DNA of 62,434 nucleotides, from assembly GCA_964460605.1 (NCBI GenBank), contig CAYWPT010000002.1, positions 1-62,434 on the forward strand. The letters are read 5' to 3'. This document shows positions 27,015 to 36,796 of this stretch, piece by piece (within the stretch, counting starts at the first letter, position 1; every line of letters starts with the position of its first letter). The notes beneath the pieces are model-generated. The model saw only the letters and a list, made by a program, of their open reading frames with translations, made no database searches and was not told the origin of the DNA. The position numbers and the translations under genes were made by a program. The DNA comes from an uncultured Methanosarcinales archaeon (GTDB lineage Archaea > Nanobdellota > Nanobdellia > Woesearchaeales > GW2011-AR9).

Positions 27015-27302
27015 ATGGCTAAAAAAGATAACAAAAAAGGCGGAAAAAAGGATGCTGGTAAATCAGATGGAAACACAATCCATTTTGCACAAGCATTCCC
27101 TGCAGAAGTAAAGGAAATTATCGCTCGTGCAGGTAGCCGTGGCGGATTAACTCAAGTAATGGCTTTAATTCTTGACGGTAGAGATAAGAATAAAGCAATC
27201 CGAAGGAACGTAAAAGGTCCAGTACGAAAAGGCGACATAATCATGTTACTTGATACTGAGATTGAAGCGCAACGTCTTGGTGGACGTAAGCGTAAGAAAT
27301 GA
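27015..27302 (+). CDS. rps28e: ribosomal protein S28e (with a basic N-terminal extension)
   Basis: AEVKEIIARAGSRGGLTQVMALILDG..RNVKGPVRKGDIIMLLDTE. Start at the ATG at 27015; the tracked start is a GTG. Confidence 0.85.
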   Translation: MAKKDNKKGGKKDAGKSDGNTIHFAQAFPAEVKEIIARAGSRGGLTQVMALILDGRDKNKAIRRNVKGPVRKGDIIMLLDTEIEAQRLGGRKRKK

Positions 27303-27313
27303 GGTAACTAAAG

Positions 27314-27517
27314 ATGGCAAAATGCAGTTTTTGTGGAAAAAACATTGAAAAAGGAACCGGAAAGATCTACGCTTACACCAGTGGTAAAGTTGATAACTTT
27401 TGTAGTAACAAATGTGAAAAAAACAAATTGAAACTCGGAAGAAAAAACTTAGTTACCAAATGGACAGAAGCATTCCGTTCAGAAAAGAGCAAAAAGGCTG
27501 GATCTTCAAAAAAATAG
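27314..27517 (+). CDS. rpl24e: ribosomal protein L24e
   Basis: MAKCSFCGKNIEKGTGKIY...FCSNKCEKN is the L24e zinc ribbon. Confidence 0.9.
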   Translation: MAKCSFCGKNIEKGTGKIYAYTSGKVDNFCSNKCEKNKLKLGRKNLVTKWTEAFRSEKSKKAGSSKK

Positions 27518-27562
27518 ATCTTTTATTTTTATTTAGCTTTATATTTAACGGGGTATCATAAA

Positions 27563-28054
27563 ATGATCGAAAGAAGTTTAGTATTATTAAAACCAGACGC
27601 TGTACAGCGTGGATTCATGGGAAAAATCATCATGCGTTTTGAAGATGCAGGAATGAAAATTGTTGGCGCTAAAATGGTCTGGATGGACAAAGATTTTGGT
27701 AAAAAACATTATTTTGATGTTGCTGACAGAAGAGGAGAAAAAGTATTAGAAGTTCTTCTCGGATTTATGACTCAAGGTCCAGTAATGGCACTCTGTGTTG
27801 AAGGAATTAATGCAGTAGAAAATGTAAGGAAAATGGTTGGTGGAACTGAACCAAAAGGAGCTGCACCTGGAACAATCAGAGGAGACTTTGCTCACGTAAG
27901 TTTTGCTTATGCTGACGAAAAAGGAATTGGTGTTAAGAATTTAATCCATGCTTCAGGAAATGTTGAAGAAGCAAAAATGGAAGTTGGATTATGGTTCAAA
28001 AATGAAGAATTACACACATACAAAACTGTGCATGATATGCACATCTTAGAATAA
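27563..28054 (+). CDS. ndk: nucleoside diphosphate kinase
   Basis: ERSLVLLKPDAVQRG, GTIRGDF and NLIHASG (active-site His). Confidence 0.9.
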   Translation: MIERSLVLLKPDAVQRGFMGKIIMRFEDAGMKIVGAKMVWMDKDFGKKHYFDVADRRGEKVLEVLLGFMTQGPVMALCVEGINAVENVRKMVGGTEPKGAAPGTIRGDFAHVSFAYADEKGIGVKNLIHASGNVEEAKMEVGLWFKNEELHTYKTVHDMHILE

Positions 28055-28076
28055 ATTTCACGAGGATATAAAAAAA

Positions 28077-30260
28077 ATGGCAGAAAAAATGGTGGATCAA
28101 GTAACCAGAATTATGGAAGATCCAAAACATATAAGAAATATTGCTATCTGTGCACATATTGATCATGGAAAGACAACATTTTCAGACAACTTACTCTCTG
28201 GAGCAGGTATGATGAGTGAAGCTTTAGCTGGTAAAGCAAGGCAATTAGATTTCCACGATGATGAAGCAGAAAGAGGAATTACAATTGATTCAGCTGCAGT
28301 ATCTATGGTACACAAAGTTGAGGAAGAAGAATATTTAATTAATTTAATTGATACTCCTGGTCACGTAGATTTTGGTGGTGATGTAACACGAGCTATGAGG
28401 GCAGTAGATGGTGCAATTGTACTTATCTGTGCTTCAGAAGGAGCAATGCCTCAGACTGAAACTGTTCTTAGACAAGCTTTACGTGAAAAAGTAAAACCTG
28501 TTTTATTCATTAACAAAGTTGACAGATTAATCAAAGAGTTACAATTAACCCCACAGCAAATGCAAGAACGTTTTGTAAAACAAATTGCAGAGATTAACAG
28601 AATCATCAAAGGTCTTTTACCAGAAGGTAAAGCTGACGATTGGTTAGTTAACGTTGCAAACGGAACTGTGGCTTTTGGTTCAGCTTTCCATAATTGGGCT
28701 TTAAGCGTACCTTACATGCAGAAAAATGGAATATCTTTCGCAGATATTATTGCTGCTTACCAAGGTGAAGATGAAGCTTACAAAGAGTTAGCTAAAAAAG
28801 CTCCTCTGCACGAAGTTGTATTAGATATGGTAGTAGGACATCACCCTAACCCTGTAACTGCGCAAGCTTACAGAGTACCTAACTTATGGCATGGAGATTT
28901 AGAAAGTGTTGATGGAAAAGCTCTAACTACTTGTGATCCTAACGGTAAATCTTACTTTGTAGTCACTAAAGTTGTAGTAGATCCTCAAGCAGGAGAAATC
29001 GCAGCTGGTCGTCTTTTCAGTGGTAAACTGAAAAAAGGAGACGAAGTATTCTTGAACAGAGCAAATGTTCCTGGAAGAGTTCAACAAGTATACATCTATA
29101 ATGGTGCGAAAAGAGAAATTGTAGATCATGCAGTCTCTGGTAACATCATTGGTGTAAGTGGACTTAAAGGCGGTATGCCTGGGGAAACAGCAACTGCTGG
29201 CGGACCTGCAGAACCTTTTGATGCAATCTCACACATTTTCGATCCGGTAGTAAGTAAAGCTATCGAAGCGAAAAGACCTGCTGACTTACCTAAATTAATT
29301 GAAGTACTTCACCAAGTACAAAAAGAAGATCCAACCATTAAAGTTGAGATTAACGAAGAAACTGGTGAGCATTTAATGCACGGTATGGGTGAATTACATC
29401 TAGAAATCATCGAGAACAGAATTAAAACTGAAAAAGGTGTAGAAGTAAAAACTTCACCACCTATCGTAACTTACAGAGAAGCTATTACTAAAACTTCATC
29501 TGAAGCTGAAGGGAAATCTCCTAACAAGCACAACAGGTTATACTTTACAGTTGAACCAATGCCTGAAGGAATTGCTAAAGGCATCAATGATGGTGAAATG
29601 CCTTCTGGAAGATTTAAGAAGAAAGATGCAGCAGTAACCGAATTCTTAAGAGAACAAGGATGGGATGCTAAGGCTTCAAGCAAAGTTCGAGCTGTTTTCG
29701 AAGGAAACATGTTCATTGATGATACTCGTGGTATTGTACACATTAACGAGATCATGGAAATGGTCTTAGATATGTTCCAGGATGTAATGAAGGCTGGTCC
29801 TTTAGCTAAAGATCCAATGATTAATGTAATGGTACGATTAAAAGATTGTAAACTACACGAAGATGCAATCCACAGAGGTCCTGCTCAGATGTATCCTGCA
29901 GTACGTGAAGGTATCCGTGCAGCAGTTATGCAAGCTGGCCCTGTATTGTATGAACCATTACAAGTTACAAGAATTGAAGGTCCTACCGAATACATGGGTG
30001 AGATGTCAAAACTTGTAAGTTCTCGTAGAGGACAATTATTGGACATGCAACAAGAAGGAGATTTAACTATTATCAAGGCGAGAATGCCAGTAGGAGAGCT
30101 TTTCGGATGGAGTAATGCACTTCGTTCAGCTACTGGTGGTCGTGGTAGTTCCTCATTAGTTTCACAAGATTTCGAGAAACTTCCAATGGAATTACAGGAT
30201 AAGGTTAGGCAGCAAATTATCCAAAGAAAAGGTTTAAGCTCAGGAAGTTTAGGCGCTTAA
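28077..30260 (+). CDS. fusA: translation elongation factor aEF-2
   Basis: IRNIAICAHIDHGKTT, DTPGHVDF, NKVDR, and the diphthamide-region HEDAIHRGPAQ. Confidence 0.95.
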   Translation: MAEKMVDQVTRIMEDPKHIRNIAICAHIDHGKTTFSDNLLSGAGMMSEALAGKARQLDFHDDEAERGITIDSAAVSMVHKVEEEEYLINLIDTPGHVDFGGDVTRAMRAVDGAIVLICASEGAMPQTETVLRQALREKVKPVLFINKVDRLIKELQLTPQQMQERFVKQIAEINRIIKGLLPEGKADDWLVNVANGTVAFGSAFHNWALSVPYMQKNGISFADIIAAYQGEDEAYKELAKKAPLHEVVLDMVVGHHPNPVTAQAYRVPNLWHGDLESVDGKALTTCDPNGKSYFVVTKVVVDPQAGEIAAGRLFSGKLKKGDEVFLNRANVPGRVQQVYIYNGAKREIVDHAVSGNIIGVSGLKGGMPGETATAGGPAEPFDAISHIFDPVVSKAIEAKRPADLPKLIEVLHQVQKEDPTIKVEINEETGEHLMHGMGELHLEIIENRIKTEKGVEVKTSPPIVTYREAITKTSSEAEGKSPNKHNRLYFTVEPMPEGIAKGINDGEMPSGRFKKKDAAVTEFLREQGWDAKASSKVRAVFEGNMFIDDTRGIVHINEIMEMVLDMFQDVMKAGPLAKDPMINVMVRLKDCKLHEDAIHRGPAQMYPAVREGIRAAVMQAGPVLYEPLQVTRIEGPTEYMGEMSKLVSSRRGQLLDMQQEGDLTIIKARMPVGELFGWSNALRSATGGRGSSSLVSQDFEKLPMELQDKVRQQIIQRKGLSSGSLGA

Positions 30261-30388
30261 TTCTTTTTTATTTTTTAATAAGTTAGAATTATGTTAATAC
30301 ATTGCAAATAGAAAGTAATGTGAATAGAAGTTGATTTTTCTATTAGTGTAGCCTCAATCTTTTTAACTTATTAGGTATTCCTCTTATT

Positions 30389-31771
30389 TTAATCATTTTT
30401 AGTGCTTATCAAACTATATCTTTCTAAAATCTCTCCGTAGTCTCTTTTTTGTTCATTTCTCATCAACCACACATCAGTCATAAGAGATTTGCTTCCATCC
30501 TTCCACATTGGGTCTATACCAAAAGATTTTTGATAAAGTTTTTTTGCAATTCTTTTTCTTCTTCTTTGTTCTCTTTTATCTCCTTCGAGAAGACTAATTT
30601 CGTACTCAAATTCAGCTTGAACATATCTTTTAAATCCAGGATTAATTATCTCAATTATATGATTCAGTGTTTCATAATATGGTCTAATTTTTATCTCCTT
30701 GTATTTAGTGCCCATAATCCCATTTAATGCATCTCTAAAAAATCCGTCCGCATATCCCCCTCTTAAAACTTCTAATAATTCTTGAATTACTTGTTCATGT
30801 GTTTCACTCAATTTTTTAATTTTTTCAACTTTTTCACTTTGAACATAAGCTGATAAAATATCGTTTTGGATTATTTTTGAAAATAAACCAAAACAAATAG
30901 CTCCAAGATCATTTTTAGAATAATCTTTGCCGCTTATTTGTGATGATTCAAATTCTTCTTTAAATTCTTCGTCTTTACTAACATCATGAATTGATAAAAC
31001 ATAAGCATCAATAAATTTTCCAAAAATATTTCTAAGAACGAAATAATCTTTAAACAATTCTTTGTCTGTAATTGTCTCTAAATTTGGTCCATTATCTCTT
31101 ACAACATAAACACCTTTTCGTAGATTTGATTCAATTTTTTCGCTTCTTCTTTTATTCCTTCTATCTCTTTTTCCCTCTTTAATATCTTTGACACCTATAA
31201 CCTTTACTGGTTGATATTTTTCTTCAATTATATTCCCAAAATGTTCTCTAAGAATAAGCTCAACTTCATCTTTAATTGAAATATGTCTATCTGAACCATT
31301 TATCTTTTCCCTTTTTTTTTCTTTTTCACAAGTTTTTCCATTAGAAAAATAATTTGAAACTGCTTGTCTTAATGTAACGTAAACTTTATAACTATGATGA
31401 AATCCTTCTTCCTCTCCAAAACTATCATAAATTCCTTGAAACTCTGGATTAATTTCTGTGAGCACTTTAAAAATGTCCCAATTACTTGGTGCTAATGTTT
31501 CTCCTTTTAACCAACTATCAATACTTTGTCTTGATCGTTTTAAATCCTCTTCATTTTCAAGAATTTCACTAATAAGCTCATTCATTGTTCTATATTCTAC
31601 TGTATCAAAGTCTTCTTCTTCTCCTAAAGCAATCTCTTTTAATCTTTCCTTGAAATCACTTTCAAAACCAGTGACTAAGAGGTGGCGCATTCTTGTAACT
31701 GGGTATTCAGCATCAACAATTTCATGAAGACCCCTTTCAGCTTCCTTGTACCTTTCACTGCTTTGTAACAT
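30389..31771 (-). CDS. hypothetical protein (orphan, Lys/Glu-rich)
   Basis: 460-aa ORF with no recognised motif. The same frame stays open upstream to a TAA at 31850-31852 and then to an ATG at 31957 (see findings). Confidence 0.5.
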   Translation of the reverse strand: MLQSSERYKEAERGLHEIVDAEYPVTRMRHLLVTGFESDFKERLKEIALGEEEDFDTVEYRTMNELISEILENEEDLKRSRQSIDSWLKGETLAPSNWDIFKVLTEINPEFQGIYDSFGEEEGFHHSYKVYVTLRQAVSNYFSNGKTCEKEKKREKINGSDRHISIKDEVELILREHFGNIIEEKYQPVKVIGVKDIKEGKRDRRNKRRSEKIESNLRKGVYVVRDNGPNLETITDKELFKDYFVLRNIFGKFIDAYVLSIHDVSKDEEFKEEFESSQISGKDYSKNDLGAICFGLFSKIIQNDILSAYVQSEKVEKIKKLSETHEQVIQELLEVLRGGYADGFFRDALNGIMGTKYKEIKIRPYYETLNHIIEIINPGFKRYVQAEFEYEISLLEGDKREQRRRKRIAKKLYQKSFGIDPMWKDGSKSLMTDVWLMRNEQKRDYGEILERYSLISTKND

Positions 31772-32240
31772 TTCAAGAGTAAAATCTCCTTTAATGTGAT
31801 TCCTTTCATATAAAACCAGGTCTTCTTTCCTTACCTCTTTTGCTGGAATTTAGTGATAAAATCCATCTCTTAATTGGACAAGAACATTAGCATTAGGCGG
31901 AAGAAGTGTTTGACCAAAATGTGTGTCAATTAATACACCTAATGTTCTTTTTTTCATAATACTTTATTTTTTTCTTTCATATTTATAAATATATTGTTGG
32001 TTTTTATCACTGCCCAGTAATATTTAATATCTGTTGGTAGAATTTTAGTGATAGAACTTTGATTTCATTAATTTCAGTACTTTTTTTAACAATTTTTTTC
32101 CTCATTTTGGCATATTTCAGCTATTTTACTAACTAATTAACTAAAAACAAGCATACTCTATCTTCTAACGTTTATTTGCCATTTAGTGACTAACGCTAAA
32201 ATCCTAAAGGTTTATATGATTTAAATTTTATTTTTCTTAA

Positions 32241-33224
32241 ATGAAGAAAATTTATATTATTTTTTCAGTACTTCTTTTTTTTCTTTTCACGGCGTGTACT
32301 ATTACTCCAAATCAAGAAGAGATTCTTAGTTTAGAAGCTTATGGAGAAGATTTTGATATTAGTTCAATTAATATTGTTGATTATAAAGCAGAAACAAAAG
32401 ATGGGATTACTATTTACAAAGATATTCCTTATGGAGAAGATGATCATTTTAGTTTTGATTTATACACTAATAAAGAATTTAAAGGAAAACCAGTTGTTTT
32501 TGTTGTGCATGGTGGAAGTACAGAAGTTGGGAAAAAAAGTAAAATGAAAGAAAGGGCTTTACTTTATGCACAAGAAGGTTATGTTGTTGTAAGTCCAGAT
32601 TATAAATGGGGGTTTGAGTTTTATTCTTTAGGGATTTCAGGGTCACATTCAGTTGCCTGTTCAATTGCAAGTTTTAAAAAATTAGCAAGGCCTTTTGGTG
32701 TAGACATTGATAATTTAGTTGTACATGGCTACAGTTTTGGTGGATACATTAGCAGTTTAATGGTTTTTAATCAGGAAAATGAATGGCTTAAAGGATGTTC
32801 AGTACAAGACGAATTAATAACTCCTGTAGCTTATATAGGTGAAAGCTCAAATTATGGAAATATTCTTCCTACTGGTTTTACACCTGAGCTTGGTAAAGAT
32901 GGACTTTTTATTATGGGACCTGAAAAATTATTAGAATTAATAGATATTTATAGTGATACTCGTGATCCAAGATTAGGTGCGATTAATTTTGTTGATCAAA
33001 CTGATCCACCTTCATTGTTCTTTCATGGTACTGCTGATCCTAAATTTAATGAACAAAGATCTATTGATATGGTCGAAACTTTAGAAGATAATGGTGTAGA
33101 ATCTCAAGTATTCATTGAACAAGATGCTGGTCACTCCATTGGTATTTCTCAAGGAACAAATGAAGATGTAATTGAACTTCTTTTAACCTTTGTAGCTCAG
33201 AATACTGAATCTGCTCAGGAATGA
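32241..33224 (+). CDS. secreted lipoprotein, alpha/beta-hydrolase (esterase/peptidase-like)
   Basis: Lipobox-like signal (LLFFLFTAC), an HGGS oxyanion motif, a GYSFGG nucleophile elbow and a C-terminal DAGHS. Confidence 0.7.
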   Translation: MKKIYIIFSVLLFFLFTACTITPNQEEILSLEAYGEDFDISSINIVDYKAETKDGITIYKDIPYGEDDHFSFDLYTNKEFKGKPVVFVVHGGSTEVGKKSKMKERALLYAQEGYVVVSPDYKWGFEFYSLGISGSHSVACSIASFKKLARPFGVDIDNLVVHGYSFGGYISSLMVFNQENEWLKGCSVQDELITPVAYIGESSNYGNILPTGFTPELGKDGLFIMGPEKLLELIDIYSDTRDPRLGAINFVDQTDPPSLFFHGTADPKFNEQRSIDMVETLEDNGVESQVFIEQDAGHSIGISQGTNEDVIELLLTFVAQNTESAQE

Positions 33225-33390
33225 TTATTTTAAGACTATTCTTTCTCTACAATTCAATAGAAATATTTATAAAGAAACTGCGTTGTCACCAGATTAACTG
33301 AAACTCAAGCTAATTAAGCTAAAAAAGAGGATTTTGGGGTTAAAAATCAATCTTATTCAATGTTAATCAAGATTGGGAGAAATATAAAGA

Positions 33391-34683
33391 ATGGCAAGTG
33401 AAAAAGAACACATTAATTTAGTATTCATCGGTCACGTAGATCACGGTAAATCAACCACTGTAGGTAGATTACTTTTTGACGCTGGTAACATTGATGAACA
33501 AACTATGAGAAAGTTAAAAGAAAAAGCAGCTTTACTAGGTAAATCTGGTTTCGAATTCGCTTTCGTTATGGACAACTTAAAAGAAGAGCAAGAAAGAGGA
33601 GTAACCATCGATTTAGCTCACAAACAGTTCCATACTGACAAATATTACTTTACTGTAATTGACGCACCAGGCCACAGAGACTTCATTAAGAACATGATCA
33701 CTGGAGCTTCTCAAGCTGACTGTGCTGTATTAGTTGTAGCGGCTAACGATGGTGTTAACGCACAAACTATCGAGCATTTAAGATTATCAAAAATCTTTGG
33801 TGTAGGTCAATTAGTTGTTGCTGTAAACAAAATGGATATCTCTGGTGTAGACTGGAAAGAAGCAAGATACAACGAAGTTGTAGAAGAAGTTAAGAAACAT
33901 GCTGCTCAAGCAGGATGGAACCCTGAAGAAATCAGATTCTTACCTATCGCTTCATTACCTGGTGAAAACATTACTAAAGCAAGTGAAAGCATGCCTTGGT
34001 GGACAGGAGATAACTTACTGAGCGCAATTAATCAGTTTAATGTACCTCAAAAACCAACTGACTTACCTTTAAGACTACCTATCCAAGATGTATACAACAT
34101 TACTGGTATTGGAGTGGTTCCTGTAGGAAGAGTAGAAACTGGTATCATGAAAGTTGGCCAAAAAGTTACTGCTGTACCTGGTAGAGAAGGTAAAGGTATC
34201 ACTGGTGAAGTTAAAACAATCGAGATGCATCACGAACAGCACCAACAAGCTGGACCTGGTGACAACGTAGGATTTTCAGTTAAAGGCTTTGGTAAAAAAG
34301 ACTTAGCTAGAGGAGATGTTTTAGGTGACGCTGGTAATGTACCAACTGTAGCTAAAGAATTCACTGCACAAATTGTAATTATGCAACACCCTAGCGTTGT
34401 AACTGTAGGATACACTCCTGTATTCCACATCCACACTGCTCAAGTTGCTTGTCAATTTGTAGAAATTGTGAAAAAGATGAACCCAGCTACTGGTGAAGAA
34501 ATTACTGAGAACAAAGATATCTTGAAAAATGGTGACGCAGCAATCGTAAGGTTAAGACCTGTACAACCTTTAGTTATCGAGAAAAACTCAGAAATTCCAC
34601 AAATGTCCAGGTTTGCTATCCGTGACTCAGGTGTTACTGTAGCAGCTGGTATGTGTACCGAAGTTGTTAAGAAAGAGATGTAA
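33391..34683 (+). CDS. tuf: translation elongation factor aEF-1 alpha
   Basis: [17 protein letters not shown] and NKMD motifs. 430 aa. Confidence 0.95.
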   Translation: MASEKEHINLVFIGHVDHGKSTTVGRLLFDAGNIDEQTMRKLKEKAALLGKSGFEFAFVMDNLKEEQERGVTIDLAHKQFHTDKYYFTVIDAPGHRDFIKNMITGASQADCAVLVVAANDGVNAQTIEHLRLSKIFGVGQLVVAVNKMDISGVDWKEARYNEVVEEVKKHAAQAGWNPEEIRFLPIASLPGENITKASESMPWWTGDNLLSAINQFNVPQKPTDLPLRLPIQDVYNITGIGVVPVGRVETGIMKVGQKVTAVPGREGKGITGEVKTIEMHHEQHQQAGPGDNVGFSVKGFGKKDLARGDVLGDAGNVPTVAKEFTAQIVIMQHPSVVTVGYTPVFHIHTAQVACQFVEIVKKMNPATGEEITENKDILKNGDAAIVRLRPVQPLVIEKNSEIPQMSRFAIRDSGVTVAAGMCTEVVKKEM

Positions 34684-34846
34684 ATCTCTTAATTATTTTT
34701 TTTAATTATCTTTATAACAAAAACAGAATACAAACATTTAAAAATAAATAACAAACCAAATAGTTTGTTAGTGCCCAAAAAACAAAAAGTTTCTTTGGGT
34801 GACATGGTGAGCAAAGCTTACTGTGTATAGATAAGGTAGGAAAACA

Positions 34847-35161
34847 ATGGCACAAAGAGCAAGAATCAAATTAGCATCCACTGAAATCGGAAAGATTAAT
34901 CAAATCTGTGCGAGCATCAAGGAAATTGTTGATAAGACTGGTGTAGGTATGAGAGGTCCAATCCCATTGCCTACTAAGAAATTAAAAGTAACCACTCGTA
35001 GATCACCTGATGGTGAAGGAAAAGCTTCTTGGGAACGTTATGAAATGCGTGTCCATAAAAGATTAATCGATATTGGAACTGATGAAAGAACCCTTCGTTT
35101 AGTAATGAGGGTACCTATCCCTGAGGGATTGAACATCGAAATAGAGATGGTAAACGCTTAA
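34847..35161 (+). CDS. rps10: ribosomal protein S10
   Basis: ARIKLAST, PLPTKKLKVTTRRSPDGEG and HKRLIDI. It follows tuf, as is usual in archaea. Confidence 0.9.
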   Translation: MAQRARIKLASTEIGKINQICASIKEIVDKTGVGMRGPIPLPTKKLKVTTRRSPDGEGKASWERYEMRVHKRLIDIGTDERTLRLVMRVPIPEGLNIEIEMVNA

Positions 35162-35200
35162 ATCATCGCGAAGGCGTCAAAAATTTCTGATTTTTCTAAG

Positions 35201-35242
35201 CCAGAAGGTCTAAATATTGAGATAGAAATGGTCAATGCTTAG
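35201..35242 (+). pseudogene. diverged duplicate of the last 13 codons + stop of rps10
   Basis: It encodes PEGLNIEIEMVNA*, identical to the rps10 C-terminus (35120-35161). Ten of the 13 codons differ synonymously and none non-synonymously. It is in frame with rps10, 13 codons after its TAA. Confidence 0.6.
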
Positions 35243-35416
35243 TTTTTTTATTTTCTTTAACTTCTTAAACTTTTAAACACATAATCTCTTTTATTCTTTA
35301 TTTTATTCTTGTAACAAGCGAATATATTTATACAGATAAAAATAGTATTAGACCAGATACATTTTCAGTAAAAGGAATATTTAGGCCAACAAGTGCAATT
35401 GCTTTAGTTCTCTTAA

Positions 35417-35548
35417 AATTTGTTCAGTCATCCTTATTTATGGACGCAGTATGGTGATAAAGGACTAGAAGAAATCGCTGCTGTAAAAAAAGTACTAGAT
35501 CCTCAAGGAAGACTCAATCCAGGGAATATGATAAAATACAAAATCTAA
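35417..35548 (+). pseudogene. C-terminal remnant of a FAD-linked oxidase (GlcD/D-lactate dehydrogenase-like)
   Basis: A 43-codon open stretch without a start codon: ..YLWTQYGDKGLEEIAAVKKVLDPQGRLNPGNMIKYKI*. This matches the conserved ..yG..g...m..iK..lDP.g.lNPGk.. tail of that family. Confidence 0.45.
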
Positions 35549-35802
35549 TATTTCCAAGTAGAATGTCCAAATGCCACGAATAAATCAAAACCTTTGATAT
35601 CTGGTGTATCACATGCTCCAAAACAATTTCCCGCCCAGAAAGTAATTTTTAAATCAGGATATTTTTCTAATAAATGAATTTGGATATCTTTTGCTTTTGG
35701 CTTTAGACCTGCTGGTAGTTGTATGATCACTTTTTTATGTCCATTTAAAGCAATCTCTTTTTCTACTTTGTCCAATTCTAAATCGTATCCAAATACATCC
35801 AT
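35545..35802 (-). CDS. dph2: Dph2 (diphthamide synthesis radical SAM enzyme) N-terminal domain only
   Basis: 85 aa: YDLELDKV..KKVIIQLPAGLK...GNCFGACD...FVAFGHS. This corresponds to domain 1 of archaeal Dph2, including its cluster-ligand Cys. Confidence 0.6.
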   Translation of the reverse strand: MDVFGYDLELDKVEKEIALNGHKKVIIQLPAGLKPKAKDIQIHLLEKYPDLKITFWAGNCFGACDTPDIKGFDLFVAFGHSTWKY

Positions 35803-35837
35803 TTGTATTAATTAAGGTAATCCTTTTAAAAAACTTA

Positions 35838-36398
35838 TTGAATTTAATGTTAATGAAGGCTTATCATTATACTAATCCACATAAATGGGAATCAGTACAA
35901 TTAGGTTTAGATCATTGTCTGAAGGCATTATTACCTTTAAGAAGGGTTGTTCTTCCATCTTGTGCTTCAGGTTTAGAAGCTAAGGCTTATAGGACAAATG
36001 CACTATTTTGTCTCTTAGAAGCTCAACCAAGTTCTTGGTTTGCCAATAAAGAATTTCCTTTAATATGGAAAAATTTATTGGAAAATATTCGTTCTTTTCA
36101 GGGAGATGTAACTCTTCTTAGCTTTAATTTAACTTCTGAAGACACTGCTTATGTTCTTGACAGGGCTCATGTTGAAAGATACCTTAATAAGAGTTATATA
36201 AATGATGACGTAAATAATTTTAAGAGAACTAAAGCTTATGGTGATTATTGGAGTTCTAGAGTTTCTTTTTCTGAATACAGTGGAGAATATTGCCTTCCTG
36301 AGCTAATTGTTCTAAATGAAATCCCTATTAAAAGAATTTCTGTCGAATGGTCTGGGCCAAAGATATCAGTTCTTGAAGATATGCTTTTTAAGCAATAG
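35838..36398 (+). CDS. hypothetical protein
   Basis: 186-aa ORF with a non-ATG start in the track. No recognised motif. Confidence 0.4.
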   Translation: MNLMLMKAYHYTNPHKWESVQLGLDHCLKALLPLRRVVLPSCASGLEAKAYRTNALFCLLEAQPSSWFANKEFPLIWKNLLENIRSFQGDVTLLSFNLTSEDTAYVLDRAHVERYLNKSYINDDVNNFKRTKAYGDYWSSRVSFSEYSGEYCLPELIVLNEIPIKRISVEWSGPKISVLEDMLFKQ

Positions 36399-36433
36399 AA
36401 AAAGTTAAAAAGTCACTTAAATAAACTAGTGCT

Positions 36434-36796
36434 ATGGAAGAAAGGGTGGTTTTAGGACTTACTGAGGAAGTAGTCTTTAAAGGAAAGAATGGAGAAGAAC
36501 TTAAAATAATTGCAAGAATTGATTCTGGAGCAACAAGTTCTTCCTTGGATGAAGATTTAGTGGATAAATTAGGACTTGGACCTGTTATTAAACAGAAACT
36601 GATTAAATCTGCAAGTGGACAATCAATGAGAGATATTATTGAAGTAGTGGTTAGTGTAAGGGGAGAGGGGTATACTGGTGAGTTTTCAATAGCAGATAGG
36701 GATGGTATGAGTTATCAAGTTCTTATTGGTCAAAATATTCTCAAACAAGGAAAATTTCTTATAGACCCGTTGTTAGAAACTCAAAAGGGAAAATAA
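36434..36796 (+). CDS. RimK-associated retropepsin-like protease (putative ATP-dependent zinc protease family)
   Basis: ARIDSGATSSSLD and VLIGQNIL..FLIDP motifs. It abuts the rimK-like gene with no intergenic gap. Confidence 0.65.
   Translation: MEERVVLGLTEEVVFKGKNGEELKIIARIDSGATSSSLDEDLVDKLGLGPVIKQKLIKSASGQSMRDIIEVVVSVRGEGYTGEFSIADRDGMSYQVLIGQNILKQGKFLIDPLLETQKGK

Noticed and set aside
26663-27076. A 137-aa minus-strand ORF across rpl7ae/rps28e.
   Set aside because: It is an antisense shadow of two clearly conserved ribosomal protein genes. The same reasoning applies to many other antisense ORFs in the track (for example 9811-10002, 25321-25674, 29471-29755, 37312-37836 and 51171-51494).
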